Part shown: positions 28,751 to 39,493 of the stretch, in pieces
Layout: each line of letters starts with the position of its first letter
How positions within the stretch are numbered: the first letter of the stretch is position 1
NCBI GenBank assembly: GCA_041946735.1
Contig: JBHGAY010000021.1
Span: 30,505 to 94,504, forward strand
Length of the DNA stretch: 64,000 nucleotides
Direction: 5' to 3'
From: Candidatus Eiseniibacteriota bacterium
GTDB lineage: Bacteria > Eisenbacteria > RBG-16-71-46 > CAIMUX01 > VGJL01
Position numbers and translations under genes: made by a program
Notes under the pieces: model-generated
What the model was told of the DNA's origin: nothing
The model's input: only the letters and a program-made list of their open reading frames with translations
Database searches by the model: none

Positions 28751-29506
28751 TCACGACATCAACATCCCGCCGTCGACGGCGAGGACCTGCCCCGTCACGT
28801 ACCGGGCGGCATCGGAGGCGAGGAAGGCCACCGCATGTGCGACGTCTTCCGGCGTTCCGAAGCAACCCAATGGGATTCGTTCCCGCATCGCCGTCTGCAC
28901 GCTCTCGGGAAGAACCTCCGTCATTGCGGTCTCGATGTAGCCGGGCGCGACCGCGTTGACCGTGACACCGCGCTCGGCGAGCTCCTTGGCCATCGACCGG
29001 GTCAAACCGATCAACCCGGCTTTGGCGGCCGCGTAGTTCGCCTGCCCCTTGTTTCCCATCAGCCCGACCACCGAGGTCACGTTCACGATCCTACCCCAGC
29101 GCTCGCGAATCATCCCTTTCGCGAACGTCCTCGCGCAGAGGAACGCCCCGCGAAGATTGATCGCGAGCACGAGGTCGAAATCCCCCGGCTGCATCCGGAG
29201 GAACAGGTTGTCGCGGGTGATCCCCGCATTGTTCACGAGCACCTGGATCGGCCCGATCTCCTCGATGACTCGCGAGGCCATCGATTCCACCTGCGATGCG
29301 TCCGACACGTCGCAGGCGACGTGAAGGCACCGGCGGCCCAGGCTCCGGATCTGCTGCACGACCGGACCGTCGTCGGGTCCCGAACGGTCGACGAGAACGA
29401 CATCCATCCCGTCCTGGGCGAGGCGCACGGCGATCGCCGCGCCGATGCCGCGGCTCCCGCCGGTGACCAGCGCCCTCCGGGCCTGCGTCTCCGCCCCTGC
29501 GCTCAT
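28751..29506 (-). CDS. fabG: 3-oxoacyl-ACP reductase
   Basis: [33 protein letters not shown]. Confidence 0.97.
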   Translation of the reverse strand: MSAGAETQARRALVTGGSRGIGAAIAVRLAQDGMDVVLVDRSGPDDGPVVQQIRSLGRRCLHVACDVSDASQVESMASRVIEEIGPIQVLVNNAGITRDNLFLRMQPGDFDLVLAINLRGAFLCARTFAKGMIRERWGRIVNVTSVVGLMGNKGQANYAAAKAGLIGLTRSMAKELAERGVTVNAVAPGYIETAMTEVLPESVQTAMRERIPLGCFGTPEDVAHAVAFLASDAARYVTGQVLAVDGGMLMS

Positions 29507-30429
29507 CGTGCCACCTCGTCGAAAGAGGCAATCTCTTCCACCGTCCCGACCGATTGGGCGGAGACGGAACGATCGATGGACCGGGCGAGCCCACCCAGAA
29601 CGCGCCCGGGACCGATCTCGAGAAAGCGCTCGCATCCCGCCGCGCGCATTGCGCGGATCGTCTCTTCCCAGCGGACCGGAGAGAGGAGTTGGCGGGCTAG
29701 GCTCTTGCGGATGTCTTCCGGCTCGACAACCGGCGCTGCCGACGCGTTCGCGTACACCGGAACGCGCGCCGGGGCGATCGAGACCTGGGCGAGCGCCTCC
29801 TCGAGTCCGCGCGCCGCCCCTTCCATCAAGGGGGAATGGAACGCGCCGCTCACTTCGAGCGGCACCACGCGCTTCGCCCCCGCTTCCTTGCAGAGCCGCA
29901 TCGCTTCGCCGACCGCCTCGACCTCTCCCGAGATCACGATTTGGCCCGGGGAGTTCAGGTTCGCAGGCACGACGATCCCCGCAATGCCGGAGATCGCTTC
30001 GCGAAGCGCTTCGGGCGTGAGCCCGAGGACGGCGGCCATCGTCCCCGGCCGGTCGATCCCGGCCTGGTACATCAGCTCGCCGCGCCTGCGGACGAGACGC
30101 AGGGCGTCGTCGAACGGCAACGATCCGGCAGCGACGTACGCGCTGTACTCGCCGAGCGAGTGGCCGGCCGCGGCGGCGAAGGCGAGGGAGCGGCCGCTCT
30201 CCAGGACGGCGAGCGCCGCCATGCTGTGGACGAAGATCGCGGGCTGGGTGTTTCGCGTCTGGCGGAGCTCCTCCTCCGGACCTTCGAAGCAGATCCGCGA
30301 GAGCGGAAGGTCGAGCACCCGATCCGCTCTCTCGAACCGCTCGCGAGCCGCCGGAAAGGTCTCGACCAGGTCGCGTCCCATCCCGACGAACTGGGCGCCC
30401 TGACCCGGAAAGAGCAAGCCGGTCGTCAT
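29503..30429 (-). CDS. fabD: Malonyl-CoA-ACP transacylase
   Basis: LFPGQGAQ, GHSLGEYSA, VSGAFHSPLM. Confidence 0.98.
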   Translation of the reverse strand: MTTGLLFPGQGAQFVGMGRDLVETFPAARERFERADRVLDLPLSRICFEGPEEELRQTRNTQPAIFVHSMAALAVLESGRSLAFAAAAGHSLGEYSAYVAAGSLPFDDALRLVRRRGELMYQAGIDRPGTMAAVLGLTPEALREAISGIAGIVVPANLNSPGQIVISGEVEAVGEAMRLCKEAGAKRVVPLEVSGAFHSPLMEGAARGLEEALAQVSIAPARVPVYANASAAPVVEPEDIRKSLARQLLSPVRWEETIRAMRAAGCERFLEIGPGRVLGGLARSIDRSVSAQSVGTVEEIASFDEVAR

Positions 30430-30448
30430 CCCCTCCCTCTCCCTTCGC

Positions 30449-31459
30449 CTACCAGTGCACCAGGGCGGCGCCCCAGGTAAGTCCTCCACCGAACACGACC
30501 ATGAGAACGAGGTCCCCTTCCTTCAGGCGGCCTTGCCTCCAGGCCTCGTCGAGCGCCAGCGGGACAGAGGCTGCCGAGGTATTACCATACCTTTGGATGT
30601 TGGTGAAGACCCTTTCCATCGGGATCTCCAGCCGCTTGGCCGTCGCCTCGATGATCCGCAGATTGGCCTGATGCGGGACGAGCAGCGCGATCTCGTCGGT
30701 CCGGCGTCCCGCCATCTCGAGCACCTTGACGCAGACGTCCGCCATGCCGCGGACGCCGAGCTTGAACACCTCGTTGCCCTTCATGTGGATCGTGTGCAGC
30801 TTGTTCTGGACCGTCTCCACGCTCGCCGGCATGCGGCTGCCCCCCGCCGGCATTTCGATGAGCGACCCGTTCGTCCCGTCCGCTCCGAGGGAAAGCGCGA
30901 GGATGCGATGATCCTCGTCGCCCGGGCGCAGCACGACCGCGCCCGCTCCGTCCGCAAGCAGGATGCAGGTGGTGCGATCGTCCCAGTTCGTGAGGCGCGA
31001 GAGCAGCTCCACTCCGAGGATCAGGACCGTGTCCGCCTGGCGGGAGGCGACCATCGCCTGTCCGACCGAGAGCGAATAGAGGAATCCGGAGCAGGCCGCG
31101 GAGAGGTCGAACGCCCACGCCTGCGGAGCGCCGAGCTTCGCTTGCAGCAGGCAGCCGGTCGACGGGAAGACCTGATCGGGAGTCACGGTCGCGCAAATGA
31201 TCCCGTCCAGATCCTTCGGACCGATCCCGGCCGCCTCGAGGGCGGCCAACGCCGCGGGATAGCCGATGTCGGTGGCGGCCAGTCCCGGAGGCGCGATCCG
31301 GCGCTCCCGGATTCCCGTCCGCGTGACGATCCACTCGTCGGACGTGTCGATCCCCATTCTCTCGATGTCGGCGTTGGTGAGGACGTTCTCGGGAACGTTG
31401 GAGCCGGTTCCGGCGATCCGGACCGGCCTAACCAAGGACCTGTCGATCTCTCTGCTCAC
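30449..31459 (-). CDS. fabH: Beta-ketoacyl-ACP synthase III
   Basis: DTSDEWIVTRTGIRERR, AACSGF, PHQANLRI, GNTSAAS, FGGGLTWG. Confidence 0.98.
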   Translation of the reverse strand: MSREIDRSLVRPVRIAGTGSNVPENVLTNADIERMGIDTSDEWIVTRTGIRERRIAPPGLAATDIGYPAALAALEAAGIGPKDLDGIICATVTPDQVFPSTGCLLQAKLGAPQAWAFDLSAACSGFLYSLSVGQAMVASRQADTVLILGVELLSRLTNWDDRTTCILLADGAGAVVLRPGDEDHRILALSLGADGTNGSLIEMPAGGSRMPASVETVQNKLHTIHMKGNEVFKLGVRGMADVCVKVLEMAGRRTDEIALLVPHQANLRIIEATAKRLEIPMERVFTNIQRYGNTSAASVPLALDEAWRQGRLKEGDLVLMVVFGGGLTWGAALVHW

Positions 31460-32480
31460 GATCGAGTTCCTCTTTGATCTGAGTGTGGATCCGCTTGCGG
31501 GCCGATTCGGCCGCCACGCGAACCGCGTTCTTGATGGCGAGCGGGGACGAGCTGCCGTGGCTGATGACGCAGATACCGTTCACCCCGAGCAGCGGAGCTC
31601 CGCCGTACTCCTCGTAGTTCAGCTTGTCGCGGAGGCGGCGGAAGACCGGTTTCAGCAACAGCGCCCCGAGGCGGATTTTCAGGTTCTTCTCCACCTCGCG
31701 GCGCACCGTGGACATCAGCATCCCGACCACGCTCTCCGCGAACTTGAGAATGACGTTGCCGGTGAACCCGTCACAGACGACCACGTCCGCCGTTCCCTTG
31801 AGGATGTCCCGCCCCTCGACGTTGCCGATGAAGTTCAGATGCGGGCGGGCATCGGCCAGCAGGCGATACGCCTGGACGGCGAGATCGGAGCCCTTCGAGT
31901 CCTCCTCGCCGATGTTCAACAGGGCGACGCGCGGCTCCGGGACCTGGAAGATCTGCTGCGCATAGACCTTCCCCATGAGCGCGAATTGGTACAGATGGGT
32001 CGGCTTGCACACGGAGTTCGCGCCGACGTCGAGCAGGATCGTATGGCCGGTCGGCGTGGGAACGAGCGCGGCGATCGCCGGCCGCTGGATCCCGGGGATG
32101 CGCCCGACCGAGAGCAACGCCGAGGTGGCCACCGCGCCGGTGTTGCCGGCGCTCACCAACGCGTCGATCCGCCCCTCCTTCAACAGGCGGGCGGCGACCA
32201 CGATGCTCGAATCCTGCTTGCGCCGGAAAGCGAACGCGGCCCCCTCGGCCATCGAGATTTCCTCGGCCGTGTGGTGGACCTCGATCCCCAACGACTCGGC
32301 TTCTCGACGGTCCAGACGGCGGAAGATCTTCTCCTCGTTGCCGACGAGGACCACACGGATGCTGCCAGGAAACTCCTGCGCCGCATCGATCGCGCCGCGG
32401 ACCTCCACGATCGGGGCGGAGTCCCCCCCCATCGCATCGAGGCCCACGCGGATCGGGCCGGCAACAGGCTCCAGGGTCAA
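31428..32480 (-). CDS. plsX: Phosphate acyltransferase PlsX
   Basis: LDAMGGD, VSAGNTGA, LDVGAN, LLNIGEEDSKG, DGFTGN, HGSS; TTG start inferred. Confidence 0.96.
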   Translation of the reverse strand: MTLEPVAGPIRVGLDAMGGDSAPIVEVRGAIDAAQEFPGSIRVVLVGNEEKIFRRLDRREAESLGIEVHHTAEEISMAEGAAFAFRRKQDSSIVVAARLLKEGRIDALVSAGNTGAVATSALLSVGRIPGIQRPAIAALVPTPTGHTILLDVGANSVCKPTHLYQFALMGKVYAQQIFQVPEPRVALLNIGEEDSKGSDLAVQAYRLLADARPHLNFIGNVEGRDILKGTADVVVCDGFTGNVILKFAESVVGMLMSTVRREVEKNLKIRLGALLLKPVFRRLRDKLNYEEYGGAPLLGVNGICVISHGSSSPLAIKNAVRVAAESARKRIHTQIKEELDREQRDRQVLG

Positions 32481-32499
32481 ACCCGTAGGCGTGGCCGTA

Positions 32500-32679
32500 C
32501 TAGTCGCCCAGCACCTTTTCGCTGCCGTAGTAGCCGCACTCGGGATTCGCGCAGACCCGATGGGGCCGCCGCGCGGCGCCGCAATGCGGGCAACGCTGCA
32601 CGGTCGGCGGGGAGAGCTTCCAGTTCGCCCGGCGCTTGTCGCGGCGGGTCTTCGAATGACGCCTCTTCGGAAGAGCCAT
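32500..32679 (-). CDS. rpmF: 50S ribosomal protein L32 (zinc-ribbon type)
   Basis: MALPKRRHSKTRRDKRR...CPHCG...HRVC...CGYY. Confidence 0.97.
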   Translation of the reverse strand: MALPKRRHSKTRRDKRRANWKLSPPTVQRCPHCGAARRPHRVCANPECGYYGSEKVLGD

Positions 32680-32683
32680 CGGA

Positions 32684-33256
32684 TCACTCCTTCTCGGTCG
32701 TGTCGTCCTGCGGAGGTCTTCCCTCCGCCTTCTCCAGCAGATCGGCCCAGGGGCCATGGGGCCGAACGGGCGGACACCCGCACTCCCCTTCGTTTCGATT
32801 CATGCCGCAACGGGGACACAGCCCCTGGCAATCGGGACGGCAGAGCGGGTGCCAGGGCACCTCGAGCAGGACCGATTCCCGGACCTCCTCCGCCAGCTTC
32901 AGGACCCGGCCGTCATGGTACAACAGACCCTCGTCCTCCGCGATCTCGGACTCCGACCGGCGGTCCCGCTCTCCCTTCTTCTCGCAATAGAGCCGGAATG
33001 CCGACTCGATCCTCTTCTCGACGGGGGCCAGGCACCGGACACACTCCTGGAGGAGGGTGAAGACGAGGATGCCCTGGATCTCGACGTTCTGATCCGACCG
33101 GAAAAACGTCGCTTCCAGGCGGACCGGCCCCTCGATCCGGGCTTCCTCGGCGCCGATCCCAAGCTCCTCGGCGGTCGCCTCGAGCGAGACGTCGTTCGCC
33201 CCCTCCACCAGGGTGGCGAGCGGGACCTCGAACGGGTGACGGTCGGTGTGGCGCAT
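32684..33256 (-). CDS. yceD: YceD/DUF177 family protein
   Basis: ECVRCL and LCRPDCQGLCPRCG motifs; directly upstream of rpmF. Confidence 0.92.
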   Translation of the reverse strand: MRHTDRHPFEVPLATLVEGANDVSLEATAEELGIGAEEARIEGPVRLEATFFRSDQNVEIQGILVFTLLQECVRCLAPVEKRIESAFRLYCEKKGERDRRSESEIAEDEGLLYHDGRVLKLAEEVRESVLLEVPWHPLCRPDCQGLCPRCGMNRNEGECGCPPVRPHGPWADLLEKAEGRPPQDDTTEKE

Positions 33257-33271
33257 CCCTTCGTCTACCGG

Positions 33272-33685
33272 CTACCGCAGGGAGAGGTCCAGGCCGAAGA
33301 AGGCGATCTCTGCGGCTGCCGTCTCCGGCGCGTCCGAGCGGTGGACCGAATTCTGCTCGATGTTCAGGCCGAAATCGGCGCGGATCGTCCCGGGGGCCGC
33401 CTTCTTCGGGTCGGTGGCCCCGACGACGTCGGCGAGACGCCGGATCGCATCCTCCCCCTCGACGACGGCGGCGACGATCGGTCCGCTCGCCATGAAGGCC
33501 ACGAGGGAGTCGAGGAACGGCTTGCCCTCGTGCACCTTGTAGAACTCTCTCGCCTGGCTCTCGGAAAGGGCGACCATTCGCAGGCGGCGCAGCCCGAGGC
33601 CCGCCTTCTCCACCCGGGAGAGGATCTCCCCGATCAGGTTCCGCCTGACCGCGTCAGGCTTGATCATCATGAAGGTCTGCTGCAA
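33272..33685 (-). CDS. ndk: Nucleoside diphosphate kinase
   Basis: TFMMIKPDAV, FYKVHEGKPF, GATDPKKAAPGTIRADFG, NSVHRSD; TTG start after GGAGGA. Confidence 0.95.
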   Translation of the reverse strand: MQQTFMMIKPDAVRRNLIGEILSRVEKAGLGLRRLRMVALSESQAREFYKVHEGKPFLDSLVAFMASGPIVAAVVEGEDAIRRLADVVGATDPKKAAPGTIRADFGLNIEQNSVHRSDAPETAAAEIAFFGLDLSLR

Positions 33686-33831
33686 AACCGTTCCTCCGTC
33701 CTCCTCAAGGGTTGCCGATCGATTCCGGCCCCCCGCGGGCGCGAGGGGCCGGAACTCCTCCCACTTTCCTCCGTCCTGCTCCGGAAGGAACCAGCCAGGA
33801 CCAGGGTCGAGAGCCTTCGGGCGGCGTTCCG

Positions 33832-34704
33832 CTACATGCCGAGCGCCTTCTTCATGAGCGGCCCGACCTCGGACGGGATCCTGGCGACGGGGATCCCGGC
33901 TTCGCCGAGGACCTTGATCTTCTCGGCCGCCGTCCCGCTCCCGCCGGAGATGATCGCGCCGGCGTGCCCCATCCGCTTGCCGGGAGGCGCGGTCTGACCG
34001 GCGATGAACCCGACGACCGGCTTGTTCATCCGCGTGCGGACGAACTCGGCCGCCTCTTCCTCCGCGGTGCCGCCGATCTCGCCGATCATCACGACCGCCT
34101 TCGTCTCCGGATCCTCCTGGAAGCGCGACAGACAGTCGATGAAGTTCGTGCCGATGATCGGATCGCCGCCGATTCCGATGCACGTCGACTGCCCGATGCC
34201 GTTGCGCGTGAGCTGGTAGACCATCTCGTAGGTGAGGGTCCCGCTTCGGGAGACGACGCCGACCGGGCCGGGCATGTGGATCTCGCCCGGCATGATTCCG
34301 ACCTTGCACTTCCCAGGCGAGATGAGACCGGGGCAGTTCGGACCGATGACCCGCGTGCCGAGCGGGCGGATCTCCTCGAAGACGGAGATCATCTGGATCG
34401 TCGGGATCCCCTCGGTGATGGCGACGACGAGCCGGATGCCGGCGTGCGCCGCCTCGAGGATCGCGTCGGGCGCGAAGGCGGGCGGGACGTAGAGGACCGA
34501 CGTGTCGGCCCCCGTCTCGCGCACCGCGTCCGCGACGGTGTGGAAGACCGGGATGTCGTCGACGCGCTCACCGGCCTTGCCCGGAGTGACGCCGGCGACG
34601 ACCTTCGTGCCGTACGCCTTCATGGCGCGCGAATGGAACGCTCCGTCCCGTCCGGTGATTCCCTGGACGACGACGCGGGACTTCTCGTCGATGAAGATGC
34701 TCAT
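33832..34704 (-). CDS. sucD: Succinyl-CoA synthetase alpha subunit
   Basis: [38 protein letters not shown]. Confidence 0.98.
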   Translation of the reverse strand: MSIFIDEKSRVVVQGITGRDGAFHSRAMKAYGTKVVAGVTPGKAGERVDDIPVFHTVADAVRETGADTSVLYVPPAFAPDAILEAAHAGIRLVVAITEGIPTIQMISVFEEIRPLGTRVIGPNCPGLISPGKCKVGIMPGEIHMPGPVGVVSRSGTLTYEMVYQLTRNGIGQSTCIGIGGDPIIGTNFIDCLSRFQEDPETKAVVMIGEIGGTAEEEAAEFVRTRMNKPVVGFIAGQTAPPGKRMGHAGAIISGGSGTAAEKIKVLGEAGIPVARIPSEVGPLMKKALGM

Positions 34705-34723
34705 CCTCTCCCCCTCCTCCCGA

Positions 34724-35863
34724 TCACCCGCGGGCGGCCAGCTCGACCGCGCGCTGCACCGCCTCGTCCATCGTCTCCGCCGGGGTCACGCCCGGGACCG
34801 CTCGCAGGATCTCGCGAGCGCGCTCCTCGTTCGTCCCGGTCAAGCGGACGACGATCGGCAGCTTCAGCTTCGTGACGTCGAGCGCGCGGACCAGGCCGTT
34901 CGCCACGTCGTCGCAGCGGGTGATCCCGCCGAAGATGTTGAAGAGGATCGACTTCACGTGGGGATCCCCCGTGATGATCCGGATGGCGGTGATCACCTTG
35001 TCGGGGCTCGACGACCCGCCGATGTCCAAGAAGTTCGCGGGATTGCCGCCGAAGTGCTTGACCAGGTCCATCGTCGCCATCGCGAGGCCGGCGCCGTTGA
35101 CGAGGCAGCCGATCGATCCGTCGAGCTTGATGTAGGTGAGGCCCATCTCACGGGCCGACGCCTCGTGCGACGTCTCCGCGGAACGGTCGCGCAGCGCCTC
35201 GAGATCCGGATGCAGGAAGAGCGCGTTGTCGTCGAGGTTGACCTTCGCGTCGAGCGCGATCACCTTCCCTTCCGGCGTGCGAACGAGGGGGTTGATCTCG
35301 GCGAGCGAGGAGTCGATCTCGACGAACCGGCGGCAGAGCTTGCCGAGGATGTCGGCGATCTGCCGCGCAATCGCCGGCTCCGGCTCGATGCCGTAGGCGA
35401 GCTGCCGCGCCTGGAAAGAGTGCAGGCCCCCGCAAGGATCGAAGTGATCCTTCAGGATCGCCTTCGGGTTCGTCCGCGCGACCTCCTCGATGTCGATGCC
35501 GCCTTCGCGCGAGGCCATGACGAGCGGCTTGCCGGCCGCCCGGTCGATGACGACGCCGAGGTAGTACTCATGGGAGATCTCGGCGGCGGGGGTCACGAGG
35601 ACCTTCCGCACCGGCAGCCCCTTGATCGTCAGCGCGAGGATCGCTTTCGCCTTCTCCTCCGCCTCCTCCGGCGTGGCGGCGAGCTTCACGCCGCCCGCCT
35701 TGCCGCGGCCGCCCGCGTGGACCTGCGCCTTGACGACGACGGTGCCGCCATAGCGGGCCGCGAGCTGGCGCGCCTCCGCCGGCGTCGTCGCCACGTCCCC
35801 CTCCGGAATGGGGATCCCCCCTGCGCGGAAGATCTCCTTCGCCTGGTACTCGTGAATGTTCAT
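34724..35863 (-). CDS. sucC: Succinyl-CoA synthetase beta subunit
   Basis: [55 protein letters not shown]. Confidence 0.98.
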   Translation of the reverse strand: MNIHEYQAKEIFRAGGIPIPEGDVATTPAEARQLAARYGGTVVVKAQVHAGGRGKAGGVKLAATPEEAEEKAKAILALTIKGLPVRKVLVTPAAEISHEYYLGVVIDRAAGKPLVMASREGGIDIEEVARTNPKAILKDHFDPCGGLHSFQARQLAYGIEPEPAIARQIADILGKLCRRFVEIDSSLAEINPLVRTPEGKVIALDAKVNLDDNALFLHPDLEALRDRSAETSHEASAREMGLTYIKLDGSIGCLVNGAGLAMATMDLVKHFGGNPANFLDIGGSSSPDKVITAIRIITGDPHVKSILFNIFGGITRCDDVANGLVRALDVTKLKLPIVVRLTGTNEERAREILRAVPGVTPAETMDEAVQRAVELAARG

Positions 35864-35888
35864 CCCAACCTCCCCTCCCGGCCGCGGT

Positions 35889-37220
35889 CTACCGCCTCCG
35901 GAGGAACTCCTCCAGGACGTCGCGAACCGTCGGCGACCCGATCTCCTGCAGGTCATAGCCCACGCGGACGGACGGCTTCTGGAGCTTCAGAATCCGACGG
36001 ATGTCGATCGGCGTCCCGATGATGACGAGATCGCAGGGAACCTTGTCGATCGTCGCCTCCAGGTCGGCGACCTGCTTCTCCCCGTACCCCATCGCGGGAA
36101 GCAGCGGCCCGATCTCCGGGTACTTGCGGAACGTTTCGGCGATCTCGCCGACCAACCAGGGGCGAGGATCGACGATCTCCGCGGCGCCGTACTTCGTGGC
36201 GGCGACGATCCCCGCGCCGAAGCGCATGCCGCCGTGCGTCAGCGTCGGCCCGTCCTCGACCACCAGGACCCGACGTCCCCGGATCTGTTCCGCGGCCTCG
36301 ACCGTGATCGGGCTCGCGGCCTCGATGATCACCGCCTTCGGATTGTTTTCGCGGATCGAGCGGCGCACCTCGTCGATCGCCTCGCGCGGCGCCGACTCGA
36401 TCTTGTTGATGACGGCGACGTCGGCCGACAGCAGGTTCGTGTTGCCCGGGTGGTAGCGAAGCTCGTGCCCCGGGCGGAGCGGGTCGACGACCACGAACTC
36501 GAGGTCGGGACGGTAGAACGAGGTGTCGTTGTTCCCTCCGTCCCACACGACGACGTCCGCCTCTTTCTCCGCTTCCTCGAGGATCCGGCCGTAGTCGACG
36601 CCGGCATAGACGATCGTGCCGTTGACGATGTGCGGCTCGTACTCCTCCATCTCCTCGATCGTGCACTCGTGCGCCTTCAGGTCGGCGACCGAAGCGAAGC
36701 GTTGCACCCCCTGCTTCACGAGATCGCCGTAGGGCATCGGATGCCGGATGGCGACGGCCTTCTTTCCCAGCTCTCCGAGCACACGGCAAACCTTCCGAGT
36801 CGTCTGGCTCTTTCCGGAGCCGGTCCGCACCGCGAGAACCGAAATCACCGGCTTCTTCGACTCGATCTGGGTGCTCTTCGGCCCGAGCAGCGTGAAGTCG
36901 AGCCCGAGAGAAGCGACCCAGGACGCCATGCGCATGACGTACTCGTGCGAGACGTCGCTGTAGGCAAAGACCGCTTCGTCGGGCTGGCTCTCCCGCACGA
37001 TCTGCGGGAGCGACTCTTCACGCACGATCGGGATGCCCTTCGGATAGAGGGGCCCCGCGAGTGCGGCCGGATAGGTGCGGTCGTCGATGTGCGGGATCTG
37101 CGTCGCGGTGAACGCGACGACCTCGACGTCCGACCGATTCCGGTAGCAGACGTTGAAGTTGTGAAAATCTCGGCCGCCGGCGCCGAGGATGACGATCTTC
37201 CTGCGTCGTTGCGCTGCCAT
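35889..37220 (-). CDS. COG2403 P-loop protein; arginine synthetase (ArcE)-like, often annotated as cyclic 2,3-diphosphoglycerate synthase or GTPase
   Basis: GAGGRDFHNFN, VAFTATQIP, FAYSDVSH, AVRTGSGKSQT, RHPMPYGDL, EYEPH, WDGGNND, VEDGPTLTHGGM, LPAMGY. Confidence 0.8.
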   Translation of the reverse strand: MAAQRRRKIVILGAGGRDFHNFNVCYRNRSDVEVVAFTATQIPHIDDRTYPAALAGPLYPKGIPIVREESLPQIVRESQPDEAVFAYSDVSHEYVMRMASWVASLGLDFTLLGPKSTQIESKKPVISVLAVRTGSGKSQTTRKVCRVLGELGKKAVAIRHPMPYGDLVKQGVQRFASVADLKAHECTIEEMEEYEPHIVNGTIVYAGVDYGRILEEAEKEADVVVWDGGNNDTSFYRPDLEFVVVDPLRPGHELRYHPGNTNLLSADVAVINKIESAPREAIDEVRRSIRENNPKAVIIEAASPITVEAAEQIRGRRVLVVEDGPTLTHGGMRFGAGIVAATKYGAAEIVDPRPWLVGEIAETFRKYPEIGPLLPAMGYGEKQVADLEATIDKVPCDLVIIGTPIDIRRILKLQKPSVRVGYDLQEIGSPTVRDVLEEFLRRR

Positions 37221-37286
37221 TTTGAACCTCCCCGCCCCGGGTCGCCCGGAACGTCCGCTCCTCCACCCGGGCAGCAACAGTGCTCT

Positions 37287-37316
37287 ACCCTACGGGCAGC
37301 CGCCGACCGTTGTCAA
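37287..37316 (-). promoter_or_regulatory. Putative sigma70 promoter for ArcE-like-sucCD
   Basis: TTGACA-N18-TAGGGT upstream of the ATG at 37220. Confidence 0.6.
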
Positions 37317-37333
37317 GGCGAAAGCTCCTGGAT

Positions 37334-37828
37334 TTACTTGGAGTTACGGATGCGATCGAGGAGCGCGGTGGTGGAGAAACCGGCGCGCAGCGGGAGCAGG
37401 CGCACCTCTCCCCCCCAGCCCGCCACCTCCTCGGCGCCGACGACATGGTCGAGGGTGTAATCCGCTCCCTTGACCAGGACGTGGGGACGCACCGCGAGGA
37501 TCAACTCCAGCGGCGTGTCCTGCTCGAAGAGCACGACCGCATCGACGCAACGGAGCATCCCGAGAAGGAAGGCTCGCTCCCGCTCGGGAAGAAGCGGACG
37601 GCCCGGCCCCTTCAGCCTCCGGACGCTCGCGTCGCTGTTCAGCCCGACCAACAGCCGATCGCCGAGCGCGCGCGCCTCTCGCAGGATCTGGACGTGCCCG
37701 GGATGGATCAGATCGAAGCAGCCGTTGGTGAAGACGAGCCGCTCGCCGGCCGCGCGGACGGCGTCGAGGAACACGCTCAGGCGGGCGGGATCGAGGAGCG
37801 GAGCGGGATCGAAATCCGGATCAGGCAT
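37334..37828 (-). CDS. rfaE2: D-glycero-beta-D-manno-heptose 1-phosphate adenylyltransferase (HldE domain II)
   Basis: [38 protein letters not shown]. Confidence 0.95.
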   Translation of the reverse strand: MPDPDFDPAPLLDPARLSVFLDAVRAAGERLVFTNGCFDLIHPGHVQILREARALGDRLLVGLNSDASVRRLKGPGRPLLPERERAFLLGMLRCVDAVVLFEQDTPLELILAVRPHVLVKGADYTLDHVVGAEEVAGWGGEVRLLPLRAGFSTTALLDRIRNSK

Positions 37829-38819
37829 CGCCGTGCCGCGCGAGCGAGACGCGGATCTCCTCGGGCGACGCGCAGGCGGTTCCCACCTCGCGCACGACGA
37901 TCCCCGCCGCATGGTTGGCGAGGAGGGCCGCCTGGCGGAGGGTGCCGCCCGCAGCGGCGGCGAGCGCGAAGGCGGAGACGACCGTGTCCCCCGCTCCGGT
38001 CACGTCGAACACCTCGGTCGCGACGGCCGGATAGTGGGTCTCGGTGCCGTCCTCCTCGAAGAGGGTCATGCCGTCCTCTCCCTGCGTGATGAGGAGCGAT
38101 CGCGCCTCGAGCCGCTGGCGGAGCGAATGGCCCGTCTCGCGCAGCGTCTCGGCGTCGACGATCCTGCGGCCGTGTGCGGAGCCCGCCTCGAGCAGGTTCG
38201 GAGTCAGCACCGTCGCGCGCCGGTAGGCGAAGAAGTTCGATTCCTTCGGATCGACGCAGAGCGGGATCCCGCGGCCGATCGCCCCCTCGAGCAGCTCGGT
38301 GAGCAGATCCGCGCAGAGGACCCCCTTGCCGTAGTCGGAGAGGACCACCGCCGCGCAGCCGCGGAGCGCCGCGCCGACCGCGTCGCGCACACGGGCGAGG
38401 ACGATCCCCTCGATCGGCCGGACATCCTCGCGGTCGATCCGCACCACCTGCTGGTGGCGCGCGATCACGCGGGTCTTCGTCGTGGTGCGACGGGACGGAT
38501 CGGTGAAGATCCGGTCGGCCGCGATCCCGTTGGCGGCGATCTCGCGTCGCATGTCCTGGCCCTGGGAATCCTCACCGACGACGCCGATCAACCACGGACG
38601 CCCGCCGAGGGAGCGGATGTTGCGCGCGACGTTCGCGGCTCCACCGAGCCGCAGCGTCTCGTCGCGCGCCTCGATAACGGGGACGGGAGCTTCGGGCGAG
38701 ATGCGCGCCGTGTCTCCCCAGAGGTAGCGGTCGAGCATGACGTCGCCCAGGACGAGGACGGGAAGGCCTTCCATCCTCTCGAGGACTCTCTGGCAGCCGG
38801 CGATCTCCGATTCGTGCAT
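37821..38819 (-). CDS. rfaE1: D-glycero-beta-D-manno-heptose-7-phosphate kinase (HldE domain I)
   Basis: [41 protein letters not shown]. Confidence 0.95.
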   Translation of the reverse strand: MHESEIAGCQRVLERMEGLPVLVLGDVMLDRYLWGDTARISPEAPVPVIEARDETLRLGGAANVARNIRSLGGRPWLIGVVGEDSQGQDMRREIAANGIAADRIFTDPSRRTTTKTRVIARHQQVVRIDREDVRPIEGIVLARVRDAVGAALRGCAAVVLSDYGKGVLCADLLTELLEGAIGRGIPLCVDPKESNFFAYRRATVLTPNLLEAGSAHGRRIVDAETLRETGHSLRQRLEARSLLITQGEDGMTLFEEDGTETHYPAVATEVFDVTGAGDTVVSAFALAAAAGGTLRQAALLANHAAGIVVREVGTACASPEEIRVSLARHGDA

Positions 38820-38826
38820 GGGCGGA

Positions 38827-38855
38827 ATCTTAGGGGATGCCCTGCCGTGTGTCGA
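38827..38855 (-). promoter_or_regulatory. Putative leaderless promoter of rfaE1
   Basis: TCGACA-N17-TAAGAT-N7-ATG, no SD. Confidence 0.6.
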
Positions 38856-38923
38856 TCCGCATCCCCGACGAGCGGGCGCCAGGCGCCGCGGCGGCTCGGT
38901 TCATCGGGGGACGGGGGCCTGGT

Positions 38924-39493
38924 TCACCGGGCGACGATCAGCTTTCGCTCCTCCGTCCTGCCCGCGACTTCGATCCGCAGCACGTAGACGCCGGAGCCGA
39001 GGCGCGAGGGCGCCGGGGTCGCGAGCGTGTTCGATCCCGCCGATACGGCATGCCGCTCCTCGGCGAGCCGCCGCCCGCTCGTCGGGTCGATCAACGCCAG
39101 CCGCGCGACTCCGTCCACCGGAGAGTCGAGCGAGATTCTCGCCGCACCGCGCGAAGGGTTCGGGAAGGGGCCTTCGACATGCAGGGCCTCGGCTCCCGAT
39201 CCCTCGCCGACCTCGGAGGTCGCGGACTCGCGGCCGGAGACCTCCACCGGAGAAGCGACGTTCGCCTCGAATCGGAGGGTGCGCCCAGGACCACAGAGCT
39301 CATCTTCGACGATCTCCTGGCCGTTGGCGTACACCGTGTACAAGGTGCCGTGGTGCAGTCCGAAGACGTAGTGCACCGTCTCCGCGCCGGCGGCGCTCGA
39401 GGCGATCGTGATCCACCCCGCTGCCACCACCGCGACGGCGATGAGCCGTAGCGCCCATGCGCCCGACGCCCGCCCCTGCGGGTTCTTCCTCAT
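38924..39493 (-). CDS. Small secreted protein with T9SS type A-like C-terminal sorting domain
   Basis: Signal peptide; C-terminal FPNPSRG...GRR...LGSGVYVLRIEVAG....RKLIVAR. Confidence 0.75.
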   Translation of the reverse strand: MRKNPQGRASGAWALRLIAVAVVAAGWITIASSAAGAETVHYVFGLHHGTLYTVYANGQEIVEDELCGPGRTLRFEANVASPVEVSGRESATSEVGEGSGAEALHVEGPFPNPSRGAARISLDSPVDGVARLALIDPTSGRRLAEERHAVSAGSNTLATPAPSRLGSGVYVLRIEVAGRTEERKLIVAR

